A DNA stretch of 64,000 nt. Origin: Chara braunii (taxonomy: Eukaryota > Plantae > Charophyceae). The notes under the pieces are model-generated. The model saw only the letters and a program-made list of their open reading frames with translations, made no database searches and was not told where the DNA came from. The stretch lies in assembly GCA_003427395.1 (NCBI GenBank), contig BFEA01000024.1:4788502-4852501 (forward strand), in the 5' to 3' direction. This document shows, in pieces, positions 37,246-48,440 of the stretch. The translations under genes were made by a program, and so were the position numbers. Position 1 is the first letter of the stretch, and every line of letters begins with the position of its first letter.

Positions 37246-37323
37246 GGCGGTGCATGGCCGTTCTTTGTTAGTGGAGTGATTTGTCGACTGAGAAGCTCTT
37301 TTCTTGATCCTATGGGTAGTGGT
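37246..37323 (+). pseudogene. 18S rRNA fragment in permuted order
   Basis: ggtgcatggccgttctt..gtggagtgatttgtc is followed by gactgagaagctcttttcttgatcctatgggtagtggt. Confidence 0.85.
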
Positions 37324-37989
37324 ACTGTGGATGCTGCAGTGTTCCGCGGTGCTTGCTGCTGACTGCGGAAGGAGCATAGAAGGCTGATGTGCACTACGGG
37401 ATACTACTGCTGCCCACATACACTTCGGCTGTGCCAGTGGACTGGGCACGAGAGCCGGCGGCTTGACATGGGTTGAGCATAGATTATTACTACGGGCGGC
37501 TGCTGACTGGGTGAAATTGTTGTTGTGACTGTGGACTGCGGATCTGTGGATTGTGGACTACCATTGCTGCTGCACAGTTACCGGGTATTACGACATTGCT
37601 GATAAGCACTGCTGGCCGCTGGGCTGACGGAGATCAAGTTGGCAGTGAATCATTGTACTCGACATCTGTGGGCAGGTACCTGCTGTGCGTATAGGCTTTT
37701 GCTGATACCTCCACTGCTGGTGTTGCCCGCTATAGTGTGATCCGGCCGCTGCGGCGCCTCCCTTGTGACTCCNTAACTGTGTGTCCTGCTGCACCTCTTT
37801 TCTTCAGCGGGGTTGCTGTAACAGCAGTTAAATGTGGACCACTGTGCCCTGGCTGAAGTTGCATGATCAAAGTTTCAGCAGGAGAGAACTGTTGTGGTAG
37901 TGCGATTGGACTGTGAGAAGGGAATTATAGCAANNATTGGGAGGTCGTCAGGGGGGGGGGGGTTGGTCTCAGCAAGTTGGCACTCATCA

Positions 37990-38280
37990 GTTTTGATCAA
38001 GCTGCCACAGTTGGCCGCCATTGCGGGGCCCTCAGGAGCATCAAGACTACAAGGCCCTCACCCGCGAGTCTGAGAGCATCATTCTTGGATATGAGAGTCT
38101 CACGCTTTTCTCCATCTGCCCTTCTCAGTCTAAGTCTAGTCCTTGGTTACGAGAGGAAGGCGGCAGGCGGGATTGCAACCCGTAAGTCCGCATCAAGACT
38201 CTGTGGGGAGTCCACCCACCGATTGAGGGAGGTCTGCCGGAACCTAGGCGAGGTTCTAGAGGCAGGGAATTGTCAGGTAA
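37990..38280 (+). ncRNA. Conserved structured block, copy 3
   Basis: As for copy 1. Confidence 0.55.
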
Positions 38281-38512
38281 ACCACTTCCACCTGTACAAC
38301 CTTCTACTACCCATGTTTGCCTATATCGCTACAGTATGACTGTTGTATGCATGCGTTTGTCCCTATGGTTTTGTTTTCTCTTCAGGACCTAATCAGATTG
38401 AATGGAAAGAATGTGTGTTCCTACTTTGTTCTGATCGAAAGCAGACTAAGGATGAACTGGGGGAAGGTGGGAGGAAGGCAGTTTTGCATGTGTTTGACCG
38501 GGTCAACCAAAG

Positions 38513-39212
38513 CCTGAGCATGGTTTCTACTGTGAATGGCTCAGGGATATGTTTATTTGACTGTTTTCTGAAGGACCAGGCATTGTTTCTACTGTGAATG
38601 GCCTGGTCGTTGTGTTTATTTGATTGTTTTCTGAGGAACCAGGCATTGTTTCTACTGTGAATGGCTTGGCTACCTTAGTTAACTCTGAGGGTTGCCTGAT
38701 TAAAAGGGGGGTTTAAATTCTTGTTTATTTCTTGAGGGAGAACTTTTGGTCCAAGGCTAAGCATTGTTTCCATGCTGAATGGTTTAGCCTGAAAACCGCG
38801 CACATAATTTAAACTAAGTATAAAAGAAAGTATTTTATGTATATTTGCATGTGAACTGGCACCTGGGCAGTGTTTCTACTGTGAATGGTCCANCGTTAAG
38901 CCATATCATTAAGAAGGGAAAAAGGAAAATACAAAGTATAAATGGAAATAGTTTGGGCAAGCTGAACATTGTTTCTACTGTGAATGGTTNAGTCCACTGC
39001 CCATATTTGCCTTTTCTTTTGAAAATAAAGTCAGAAAAATACAAAATTTTCTTGGATATTAAACAGCACAGGGCGACTAGGCATTGTTTCCATGGCGAAT
39101 GGCCTNGTCGTCTGCTCAAAGGAAGAGAGAAGTAGTTGTGAAACCTGTTCGTATATATTATAAAGACAAGCTGGACATTGTTTCCATGGCGAATGGTCCA
39201 GCTCTATGTCTT
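38513..39212 (+). repeat. Interspaced stem-loop array 3 (8 units; loops GTTTCTACTGTG, GTTTCCATGCTG and GTTTCCATGGCG)
   Basis: Units start at about 38513, 38574, 38639, 38754, 38864, 38955, 39071 and 39169. Confidence 0.95.
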
Positions 39213-39489
39213 ATGTAAGATGGGTATAAGGATTCAAGAACTTGAGGATTCATGAACTATCTACATGGAATAAACTTGGNATGGTGAGAGNACTTACACT
39301 GGTGGNTTGGCTTGCATGTGACTGGATGAGATGGCTAGTTTGTTTAAGTTTTATTACTATAGGTAGTTGCTTTAGTTGCTCGCCATNTGCTAGAGNCNTA
39401 GGAGTTAGTGTCAATTCCTGCATTTTATNTAATAACGTTTTTTTTTTTTACTTAGGTCATTTCCTGCATTTTCTGAGATTTTTTTTGGC

Positions 39490-40220
39490 TTTGTATAAAT
39501 CTTGGCAAGCTACTTTTCCTACGGGAAGCGCTGCCGAAANTTTTACAAATCCAAGAAGTTAGCCAACTTTTGACTTGTCAAAATTCAACTTGTCCTTTTT
39601 ATNTATCTGGCTTAGTTAAAATCTGGGAAGTCTCCTTTTCTAAAGGGAGTGCTGCCCAAATTTTTGCTAATTCGGGGAGTTAGACAAAAATTAAACTGAG
39701 GGAAGCCAAAGTTACTTTCAAAATCTGAACTTAGCCTTGTATAAGTTTTGGAATAACACTTTTCTAGAGGGAGTGCTGCCGAAATTTCTACAAAATTAAG
39801 GAGTTAGTTAAATTCAGTCTAAAAAGTTGAACTCGAGCTCTTGTTCGAGTTCATATCTAGAGTTAGACAGAATTTGATTATCCAGAGTTACAGATCGTTT
39901 CTGTTTTTGTATCCGACTTAGTATAAATCTGGGAAGTCTCCCTTTCTAAAGGGAGTGCTGCCCAAATTTCTACTAATTCAGAGAGTTAGACATAATTTGG
40001 TTTTCGAGGAGTTAGAGATTGTCTCCTGCTTTATATCTGACTTAGTATAAATTTGGAAAGTCTCATTTTCTAAAGGGAGTGCTGCCCAAATTTCTACTAA
40101 TTCAGGGGGTTAAACAAGATTTGGTTTTCCAGAGTTAGAATTTATTCATATTTTTCATATTTAGACTTGTATAAATTCTGGAAAGACAATTTTCCTATGG
40201 GAAGCGCTGGCAAATTTCTT
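39490..40220 (+). repeat. About 125-bp tandem repeat, about 6 units
   Basis: 'ttttctaaagggagtgctgcccaaattt..ctaattc..ggagttagac' recurs. Confidence 0.9.
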
Positions 40221-42156
40221 TGGTTTAGAGGAGATAGATTATATTTTGACAGGTGGTGATTCAGGCGATCCACCCAGAATAGGTGAGAGTCTGTAGTTGA
40301 TCTACCTTTAGCTTAAGCATTTGGTTTAAAAAGTAGACTTAGGTTTAGCTTGTAAGAAGATCTTGAGGAAGGATGTATTATGAAATTGTATTCTTAGCTT
40401 GGGAATTGGTCTGTCGTGTGTTACAGGTTCTTTTGATCTTTTGATTCGAGATCAGGATTAGATCCAGCTTGATCCCTNNNNNNNNNNNNNNNNNNNNNNN
40501 NNNNNNNNNNNNNNNNNNNNNNNNNNNNNNNNNNNNNNNNNNNNNNNNNNNNNNNNNNNNNNNNNNNNNNNNNNNNNNNNNNNNNNNNNNNNNNNNNNNN
40601 NNNNNNNNNNNNNNNNNNNNNNNNNNNNNNNNNNNNNNNNNNNNNNNNNNNNNNNNNNNNNNNNNNNNNNNNNNNNNNNNNNNNNNNNNNNNNNNNNNNN
40701 NNNNNNNNNNNNNNNNNNNNNNNNNNNNNNNNNNNNNNNNNNNNNNNNNNNNNNNNNNNNNNNNNNNNNNNNNNNNNNNNNNNNNNNNNNNNNNNNNNNN
40801 NNNNNNNNNNNNNNNNNNNNNNNNNNNNNNNNNNNNNNNNNNNNNNNNNNNNNNNNNNNNNNNNNNNNNNNNNNNNNNNNNNNNNNNNNNNNNNNNNNNN
40901 NNNNNNNATCATCTGTTATCACTGATAACAGGTCGGTTGCCGATTCGTCGGTTTACGACTCAATTTCAACTCACCCTCTACTCTCAACCTAAAAGGCTTT
41001 AGCCCTGGTGAATTTTATTGTTTTATTAAGGTTTCACCCGGACTTTTATTGAATGGCCATTTAACAAAGGTGCTGAGTATTTAATTAAGGTTGGTTGGAC
41101 AGGAGGTTTGGGGCTTGCATGGCTAAAGCGAGGGGTATGAGCGTCGAAGGTGGTTGGGGTTGACTCCGTGTAGTGTGTGGGCTGTTGATTTGTTTTTTCG
41201 TNGGTGTGATGGCAGGTATGTGCTGTGAATCAGATTTCTGGATTTGGTTGCCTGCGATCACACATATACGTATTATTGTGAGAAAACCCCAGCGAAACCA
41301 TGAGGAGCGATCGTCATATATTTGACCCTTATATATGTATAAATGGACATGCTTGGGATGAATGTTTGCATGGGTTGAAGAATCCCCATATTACAGCCCC
41401 ATCCAGAAGCTGGGACTGAAGAACTTAGGGGAGGCCCCTACTTCTATTTTTATTCTTGCTTTTTGGGGATCTTCTTAGTCGGACGTTTGGTCCTGGGCTG
41501 GCATTCGAGGTCCTTGTCCAGGACATCTCCAGCCCTAGGCTCTGCAGGGGAGGGGTTTTTTCCTCGCGCAAACCCTATTTGATTTGCCTACCGAGACGCT
41601 CAGGTTAAGAGCCTAAGGCGTCGCGGCGGCTGCACGACTATTTCTTTCAGCCGTGCAATGTCGTGAAGGGTTAGGCCCTCACGACACTTCAAGTCTGACA
41701 CTTGAATGTCATAAGCGGTACTCGGATCCACGAGGGACCGCTTGATTATGGGCACTTCATAGTACACCATCATTGCGACTGCTTGCGTACGTTTGCATTG
41801 CGAGTCGATATGAGTAGGCCCTGCGTCCGCGCGTTTTTATCCTAAAGTCTCGCGCGCGACAGCTAGTCGATTTTGCATCGGAAAGTTATGGGACGGCTAC
41901 CGAGGGGCTAGGAGCGTTGTCGCGTTGTTTGTGTCGTGTCGTTTCGTACGTGTGCGTGTACATGTTTTATGTTCTCGTGTTCGTAAAGTGGAGTGCGCGT
42001 GGTGTGTGGGAAGCGTCCTAGTCGACCGACGATGAGTCGCGCTTGGGACCTCAGCCCCCCAAGGTGTCGGTTCGCGTGCGGGTTCAATAGAGGCGTATTA
42101 CCGCGCGTACCCCCTATGCTACAGCGAACGAGAAACGCCCTCGGCTGGTTCACCTA

Positions 42157-42302
42157 TGAATCTCGCGGCTCACGACTCACGCGTGAAAGAGGAACTGTGG
42201 GAGTTGAGTGCAGAGGGAGAGAGAAAAATGGGAGGATGGGAGAGAGGAGGAAATACTCCTCCCGACCTGCAAGCTGCCTCCTCACTATCAACGGGGGGAA
42301 AG

Positions 42303-42334
<32 letters not shown>

Positions 42335-42544
42335 AGAAAACGAGAAAACGGGATCAATTCTTTTAAAAATCAGTATTTTGTGATTTGCGCCAGGATTGTT
42401 ATGCTGGCATAAAACAATTTTGGCGGCCTTGATATTTTTTTATGTAGGTAGCCACTGGCCAGGCACCTAGGCCATGCGTGTAAATTGTTTCAATTTTTTT
42501 AATTCGGCGAATGTTTTTTTTTAAATCATCAGAGTTAGGGTACT
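42157..42544 (-). repeat. Inverted copy of 24259-24649
   Basis: Direct reverse-complement comparison. Confidence 0.9.
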
Positions 42545-43781
42545 TTTCGCACCCCACTCTAAGCCTGTCGGGATTTGAACTCGTGAATTTTCACAAGTTG
42601 ACTCCCTACGTCTCCCAACCTGCAACTGCCCTCCCTGAGAGTAAATAGTGGGAGGGCTGATGGTTTCAACAACATGAACCTGGCCAAGGTAAGGGTCAGG
42701 TGCGTTATAGTTGAAGTTAGTTAGGGTCTTTTTTTTTTTTTTTTTTTTTTTGCATTCTGGTTAGGACACTTGTTTTTTTGAGGTGTTGCCTCTGGTAGAA
42801 GCTGCTAGAGGTANNNNNNNNNNNNNNNNNNNNNNNNNNNNNNNNNNNNNNNNNNNNNNNNNNNNNNNNTTTTTTTTTTTTTTTGCATTCTCGTGAGGAC
42901 ACTTGTCCTCACGAGTTGTTACCTCTGGTAGAAGCTGCCAGAGGTAACTGCCAGACTCTCGTTTTTAGAGGGAGCCTGGTAATTGAGGGGTTATAAAGGA
43001 AAAGGCTAAGTACAACCTTTTCCCCGATGCATCTGCCTGAAAAAAGGGTTTAGGTACATCAAACTGAAAGGGGTTATATCTTTCAAACTTTTTATCAAAA
43101 AAATAAAAGAAAAACAGATTTGGAAATGGCAAAACCTCAGCTCTCTCGTGAAATTCCGAGATAGTTGAGGGAACTGCCCCCACTAAGGTTATCGCTGTCG
43201 TGAGACCACAGTTAGCCTTTGATCTTGGAGAGATCAAGGGCTTACTGTGAGCCCGCGATTTTACCTGGGGGTTGGAGTGATGACCAACACTCCTCAGCCA
43301 CTATAAAAAAGGTAGTTGTTCCCAACTACCACACGGAAGCACTCGTGGTGCGAGTGTGTCACAACACACTTGAGTGTCGCCGGGCTGCTGGAGGAGCTGC
43401 TGGAGGCAGCACTGAAGGAGGCTGGAGGACTATAGAAGAGCGTCGGATGAGGAGGAGGACAACCATAGCCGAGGAAGGGAGCACTCCGCTCCATCATCAG
43501 GATGGTACTGGGTTTTTGGGACAGTACTTGGGACCACGATGCTGAACCGAGACTGTGCGGCAGGAACTGTACTTTGGGCCTAGATTTTATTCAAGTCCAA
43601 AGCTTTATTAATTTAACGGCGGGACTTCCTCTACAGTGGCAGGCTTCAAGGTCGCGCAGAATTGGACCACGGCAGGCTGCTTCCGCACTTTTGTGGGGGT
43701 ATGCTGCCGATTTTTTTTCTGCATCGACGGTGGATATTTTTGCAGCGTTACGCTGCGAGTCCGCTGACAATGAGCTGAAGG

Positions 43782-43910
43782 GAGGTGTTGTCCGCTTTGT
43801 GGTACGACGAGGTGTTGTCCGTTTTGCGGCAGGACAAGGTGCTGTTCATTTTGCTGCACGACGAGGTGTTGTCCATTTTGCGGTAGGACGAGGTGTTGTC
43901 CATTTTGCGA
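43782..43910. repeat. 27-bp minisatellite, about 5 copies
   Basis: gaggtgttgtccattttgcggtaggac-like units. Confidence 0.9.
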
Positions 43911-46841
43911 CATGGCGGAATTGACGTTCTGGTGGGAATATGCTGCCAAATTTTCCCGGCGTCAACGGAGGTAATTTTTGCAGCGTTATGCTGCCGAAAT
44001 TGGGGTTCATCAGGTGGCACTAAGAGGGGAGAAGGTGCTGGTTTTCTTTTGGTGTGTCGAGGGACACGCCGTCAAAGTCGGTGAATAGGTAAATTACAGT
44101 GAGACTGTTGTGGCGGTACGACGAGCGACATCAATAGTATTGACGACAGTCTGCGTGTGGAACCACGTCTATCAAGGTGGAACAACACGCCAATTTTTAT
44201 TTTGCACATGTCAGCGGCGGTGGGGCCATTTGACCTTGACCTAGTGAAACTTTGGGACCGACGGAGCGCGTGAGTGGGATTGGCGGTGCCGGTGAAGTGG
44301 GAACTTGAGTGTTCGATTTTCTTTTGAGAAGTGTGGTGAAGACTATTTTGGCAAGTGACCTCGTCAGATGCTGGAAGGAATAGTGCAGGACCACTTGGGA
44401 CCATCTGGGATCAGTTGGGACCGCCTAGGACCATTTGGGGCTAGGTGGGACATGAGTGGGCGGCGCAGTGACCATTGGGAGTACGTGGCACTTGCGGTTT
44501 TGACAGTAGGGAGTGTTATTATTTTTTTTTTTGTAGAGCATAGTGCATAACAGTTTCGGTAGTTGGGGCCATCCGATGCTATAGACCGTAGTGCGGGACC
44601 ACTTGGGATGACCTGGGATAAGTTGGGACCGACGCAGGACGCGGTGAATTTTTTTTTGGACGAGTGCGGCTCGCTACTCTCACACTTGAGACTCCCACGA
44701 GTGGGATTTGCGAGTCAAGAGTAAATTGGGACTAGCAGTTGACCCAAGACTTACCTCCGGACTGCGGTTTCTTCGGCGACACGTATATGTTACTTGACTT
44801 TCTTGAGTGAGCCACGACACGTTCGACACCACTTCACTCAAGGTCAATTGATTGACTCAGATTCTTTTTCACACCTGTGTGAACCCACACTTTGCTTTAC
44901 CATGTTTGTTTTGAATGTTCAGAAGAAAAGGTTGAGTAACGCGTGTGTGGTCATGCATGTGGAAAGTGGGAGTATGGGTTGCTGAATTTCTTGGACCTGT
45001 GGTTGTTTGCATGTTGTGAAGGTAGGTAGAAGAATATTATAAAGGACAAGTTTGATGGTGCTTACTTGAGAAGATGAAAAATATTGTCTTCTTTTTACTT
45101 CTCACCTACCTGCGTGTCAAGAAAGTTGCATTTGTTTTGAAAAATGTTAATTTAGTATGTGCTGTAAAATGAATTTGATTCAAAGAAAGAAGATAAGATC
45201 AAACACACTTGCTTTTTTTCCCGAGGATTTATCCTTTCTATCCCGAATGACCTTATTTACGTATACATGTCTAAATGATTCTCATTCTCTATCACCTCTG
45301 ACTCTTTTTCGTCTAAATTACCTTGAGCATGAGAAAAAATGAGAATAACTGAAGGAAAAAAAAATAATTGCGGTGAACACGTTCTCTTTTTCAAAGGAAG
45401 CATCCGAGACGGGGGTTCGTTGCTTTAGGAGCCGGCCCTGTTATCGACCCAGAGCGGACCGTTCTACCGGGGGGGTATTTTGCCGATTCGGTGGAGACAA
45501 CTCGACTTCTTAGATCCGAGTCTTGTGCTCGTGCGAGGAGGAGGATTACCCCAGACCACTTCCTAGAGGGAGAGATATGCAACACCTTAAGTAATGCACC
45601 TGATCAAGAATCATTCACAAAGCAGTGTGTCATCCAAGAAAACTAAGGATCTGTGAAGACGGATGTGCGGCCTAATCTTACGCCAGTGGTAGTTGGAATG
45701 AATGACTTTGGCGACGCATCTCATCAAGTCAAAACTAAGGTTATCCAACTATTTTGTCGGCTGCATTCAGGTTATTGGCGAAGCCAACTTTCAGTTGGCA
45801 GCTTAGTATAATATTTTGTTTTATCGATTGCGATTCGAAGTGGTCGAATTTTATTTTGATCTTGTGTTCATTGGATGTACCATATAATGATTTAGATTTT
45901 TTTAGACTGGATATGTATTCCCGTCGGCTTCGATCGACTCTTTTCTATAGAACTATGTGTGGTTGTTATAACTTTCTTTTGACGAGTATCTAAAAAGACT
46001 ATGATTGACTTGTGGGTTTCACGCTTGGTTGAGACTGTCCTAGTCGATCGGCGTACGCTTTGTTTTTAGGAGATCAACGTCCTAATGAACGAACATCGTT
46101 CGGGTTCAATAGGCGTTTTAATTGCTCGTACCTATACTACAGCGAGTGACCAAACGCCCTCGGCTGACCTACCTCTGCAATTGCATGTACAAGTTTTTTC
46201 ACGTGGGTCAGCAGCTCGGTAGGGGTACGCCGCTAAGGGTGGTGACAACCCCTTAGGGAAGCAAGTTGTGCCCCCCGGGAACCTATCTTGTTGAAGCGGA
46301 CCGCGAAATGTACAGTTGGCGTACCCGGCTAGAGTGGCGAAGGGACGACGCGACCTCACTCATCTCAGCGGTTCGCTGTGTTAATTATGCATTGTCCCTG
46401 AGTTGTCTCTTGATTTTGTTTTTGTTTAAACTTATGCGTAACATGACCTGGAGGGCTTCTGCCTCTTCGAGAGAAAAGGCGGGGGACGATGCACTAGACA
46501 GGTGGCGCCGTTGCCTAGGATAACGGCAAACTACCGTTGTCCCTGGTGGAACGACACTCAAATATTTTTATTGAGTTATTTTGATTTCAAACGAGCATCT
46601 CTTGAAAATAGGCATAACGACGCACTGTTGTGAAAGATACTTTTAAAAAGTAGATGCATCTTCTCTTATCAATGTTATTTCCTTAGAAGGCAAGGTATGA
46701 TCTGATCGTCTTCCGCTTACCTCGACGGAATAGTAGGAAAATCTTATATTATTTAGATGTTAACGATGATAGACTTTATAAGTCATTTTGACTTCTTACC
46801 TTTATGCCTTATTGCTTGCAGGTTAATCCTCTCATAGCGAG

Positions 46842-47814
46842 ATGGCGGATGGTAGCAAGCCGAATGACGGTCTTTCGCACAAAATAGAGAAATTGATCGA
46901 GATGCTTGGAGACAAGATCGAGAAAACAGCTATAGCTTCTAAGATCGACATTCCGGTTTTTAACGGGTATAATGTTTTGAAATTTCTTTTAGCATATGAA
47001 CAATCATTGGTTGTTGCTCATGAGTGGGATGAGCGGACAATGCATAAGAGGGTGATGGCATTGATACATATAGATGTGCGAGATGACGTAGCGAAGTTGG
47101 TTTCTGCAGCTTAAAGTTTGAGTGATTTCGATCAGGCAATGTTCGATACATTCCAACTTGGTAATGAAACTTTAACTCTTGACGATCTTCGGAAAGTATG
47201 TCGGAACAAGTTTCCTACGTTCGGAAAGTTCTTTGTTGTGTTTGAGCGAGTGGGCCCGTCTTGTTCCGGACCTCTCAGAAATTGATAAGAGTATTATATT
47301 TTTTGCAAACTTTTCTGAGGTAGAAATACGATTTTTATTGAAAGGTGTCAGATTTTCTTTTGTCTGGCAGAATATTCGCGAGAATGCCTTGAACGATGGT
47401 TTTGATCAAGTTCTTCATCCGGATTTGAAAAACATGCATCGGTAATTAGTCTCTAATAGCAGTTCATACCAGCATGATGGACGTATTTTGAAAGAACTTT
47501 CAGAGGTTAAAGAATATTTGAAAGCCATGACAGAAAACAATTTCGAAACGACAGTCGTTGTCCGGTTGTCGAAGGAATGTAATGAAATGAGGCGGAAGGG
47601 TACGGTTTACTCTTCAGTCATAAAAGTAAGGAATAGATGAGAAGAGGTTTACCTTAATCCTCGGGACGTATAAAAAGTCGCTAACGTTGATTATGCGGCC
47701 AATGACAATTATGGTCATCGTCACTCTCGACGAGCTGGGAATTGGTGGAAGAAAGTGAGGTGTCATTGTTGTGGTTTGATAGGACACACCCCACGTTATT
47801 GCCCATCTCGATAG
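46842..47814 (+). pseudogene. Retrotransposon gag with CCHC zinc knuckle (disrupted)
   Basis: 'KIDIPVFNGYNVLKFLLAYEQ' (gag capsid-like start); 47761-47802 encodes CHCCGLIGHTPRYC (C-x2-C-x4-H-x4-C). Confidence 0.75.
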
Positions 47815-48049
47815 AGGAATGATGTGAAAAAGTAATTAGCGAGACGCATCCAAGCGCGAAGTAAGGAGAGGTTTTGGCAGATTTATAAGTAAGCCATTGG
47901 TTGTTGGAATAAAAGGGTGTTCAATATTTGATTTTGGTAAATTGTGGTGGATTTGGTATTATCGCTGCCGACATTTTCTCTTTGGAGTTGTCATTCCTCA
48001 AACATTGACTGAATGTATAATAGACATATGTTTATTTCTCAGTCATGAT

Positions 48050-48440
48050 TGGATGTATGATGCAAAAGTGTGCAGTCATTTCCTAGGTAAGCCTGGATGT
48101 ATGATGCACTTGAGTTGTCCATTCCCTGACTAGAGTTGAATGTATGGTGGGGCCTATGTACTAATTTTCCAATTTATCTAGATGTATGGATTTCAGGTTA
48201 AACCCACATTTCTCAACAAAGGTCGGAAGTATGGTGTATGCTCGAGTTGTCCATTCCCTGGCTTGAGTTGAATGTATAGAGGGGCCTATGTATCTATTTC
48301 CCAGTTGTACTGGATGTATGAATTTAAGGTTAATCCCTTATTTCTCGACACAGGTCGGATGTATGGTGCACGATTGAGTTGTCCATTCCCTGACTTGAAT
48401 TGGATGTATGGTGTCCGACCTATGTAGCTATTTCCCAGTT
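48050..48440. repeat. About 131-bp tandem repeat, 3 units
   Basis: 'gagttgtccattccctg' in units starting at about 48095, 48225 and 48357. Confidence 0.9.

Larger units (their letters stand above)
34560..40470 (+). mobile_element. ORF-less element, unit 4 (most complete)
   Basis: Start hairpin, tRNA-like boxes, two U6 remnants, LSU and SSU fragments, GGAAGATTCATTC (about 36889), structured block, array and tandem repeats. Ends at a gap. Confidence 0.75.

Noticed and set aside
28518-38339. Similar short ORFs (28518-28889, 32603-32902, 37977-38339) as a protein family
   Set aside because: The frames shift between copies and the starts are non-ATG; conservation fits RNA structure better.
29047-39212. 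CRISPR array interpretation (repeat-spacer look; TTTCTACTG resembles Cas12a repeats)
   Set aside because: Eukaryotic context with no cas genes. Spacer lengths vary widely and spacers are orthologous between arrays rather than acquired, and the flanking arms pair with each other.
6109-42902. Long ORFs containing X runs
   Set aside because: Artefacts of the N-gaps at about 6157-6533, 8260-8606, 12385-13037, 20165-20617, 40478-40907 and 42814-42869.
42725-42950. Duplication around the small gap
   Set aside because: Probably a contig-overlap artefact.
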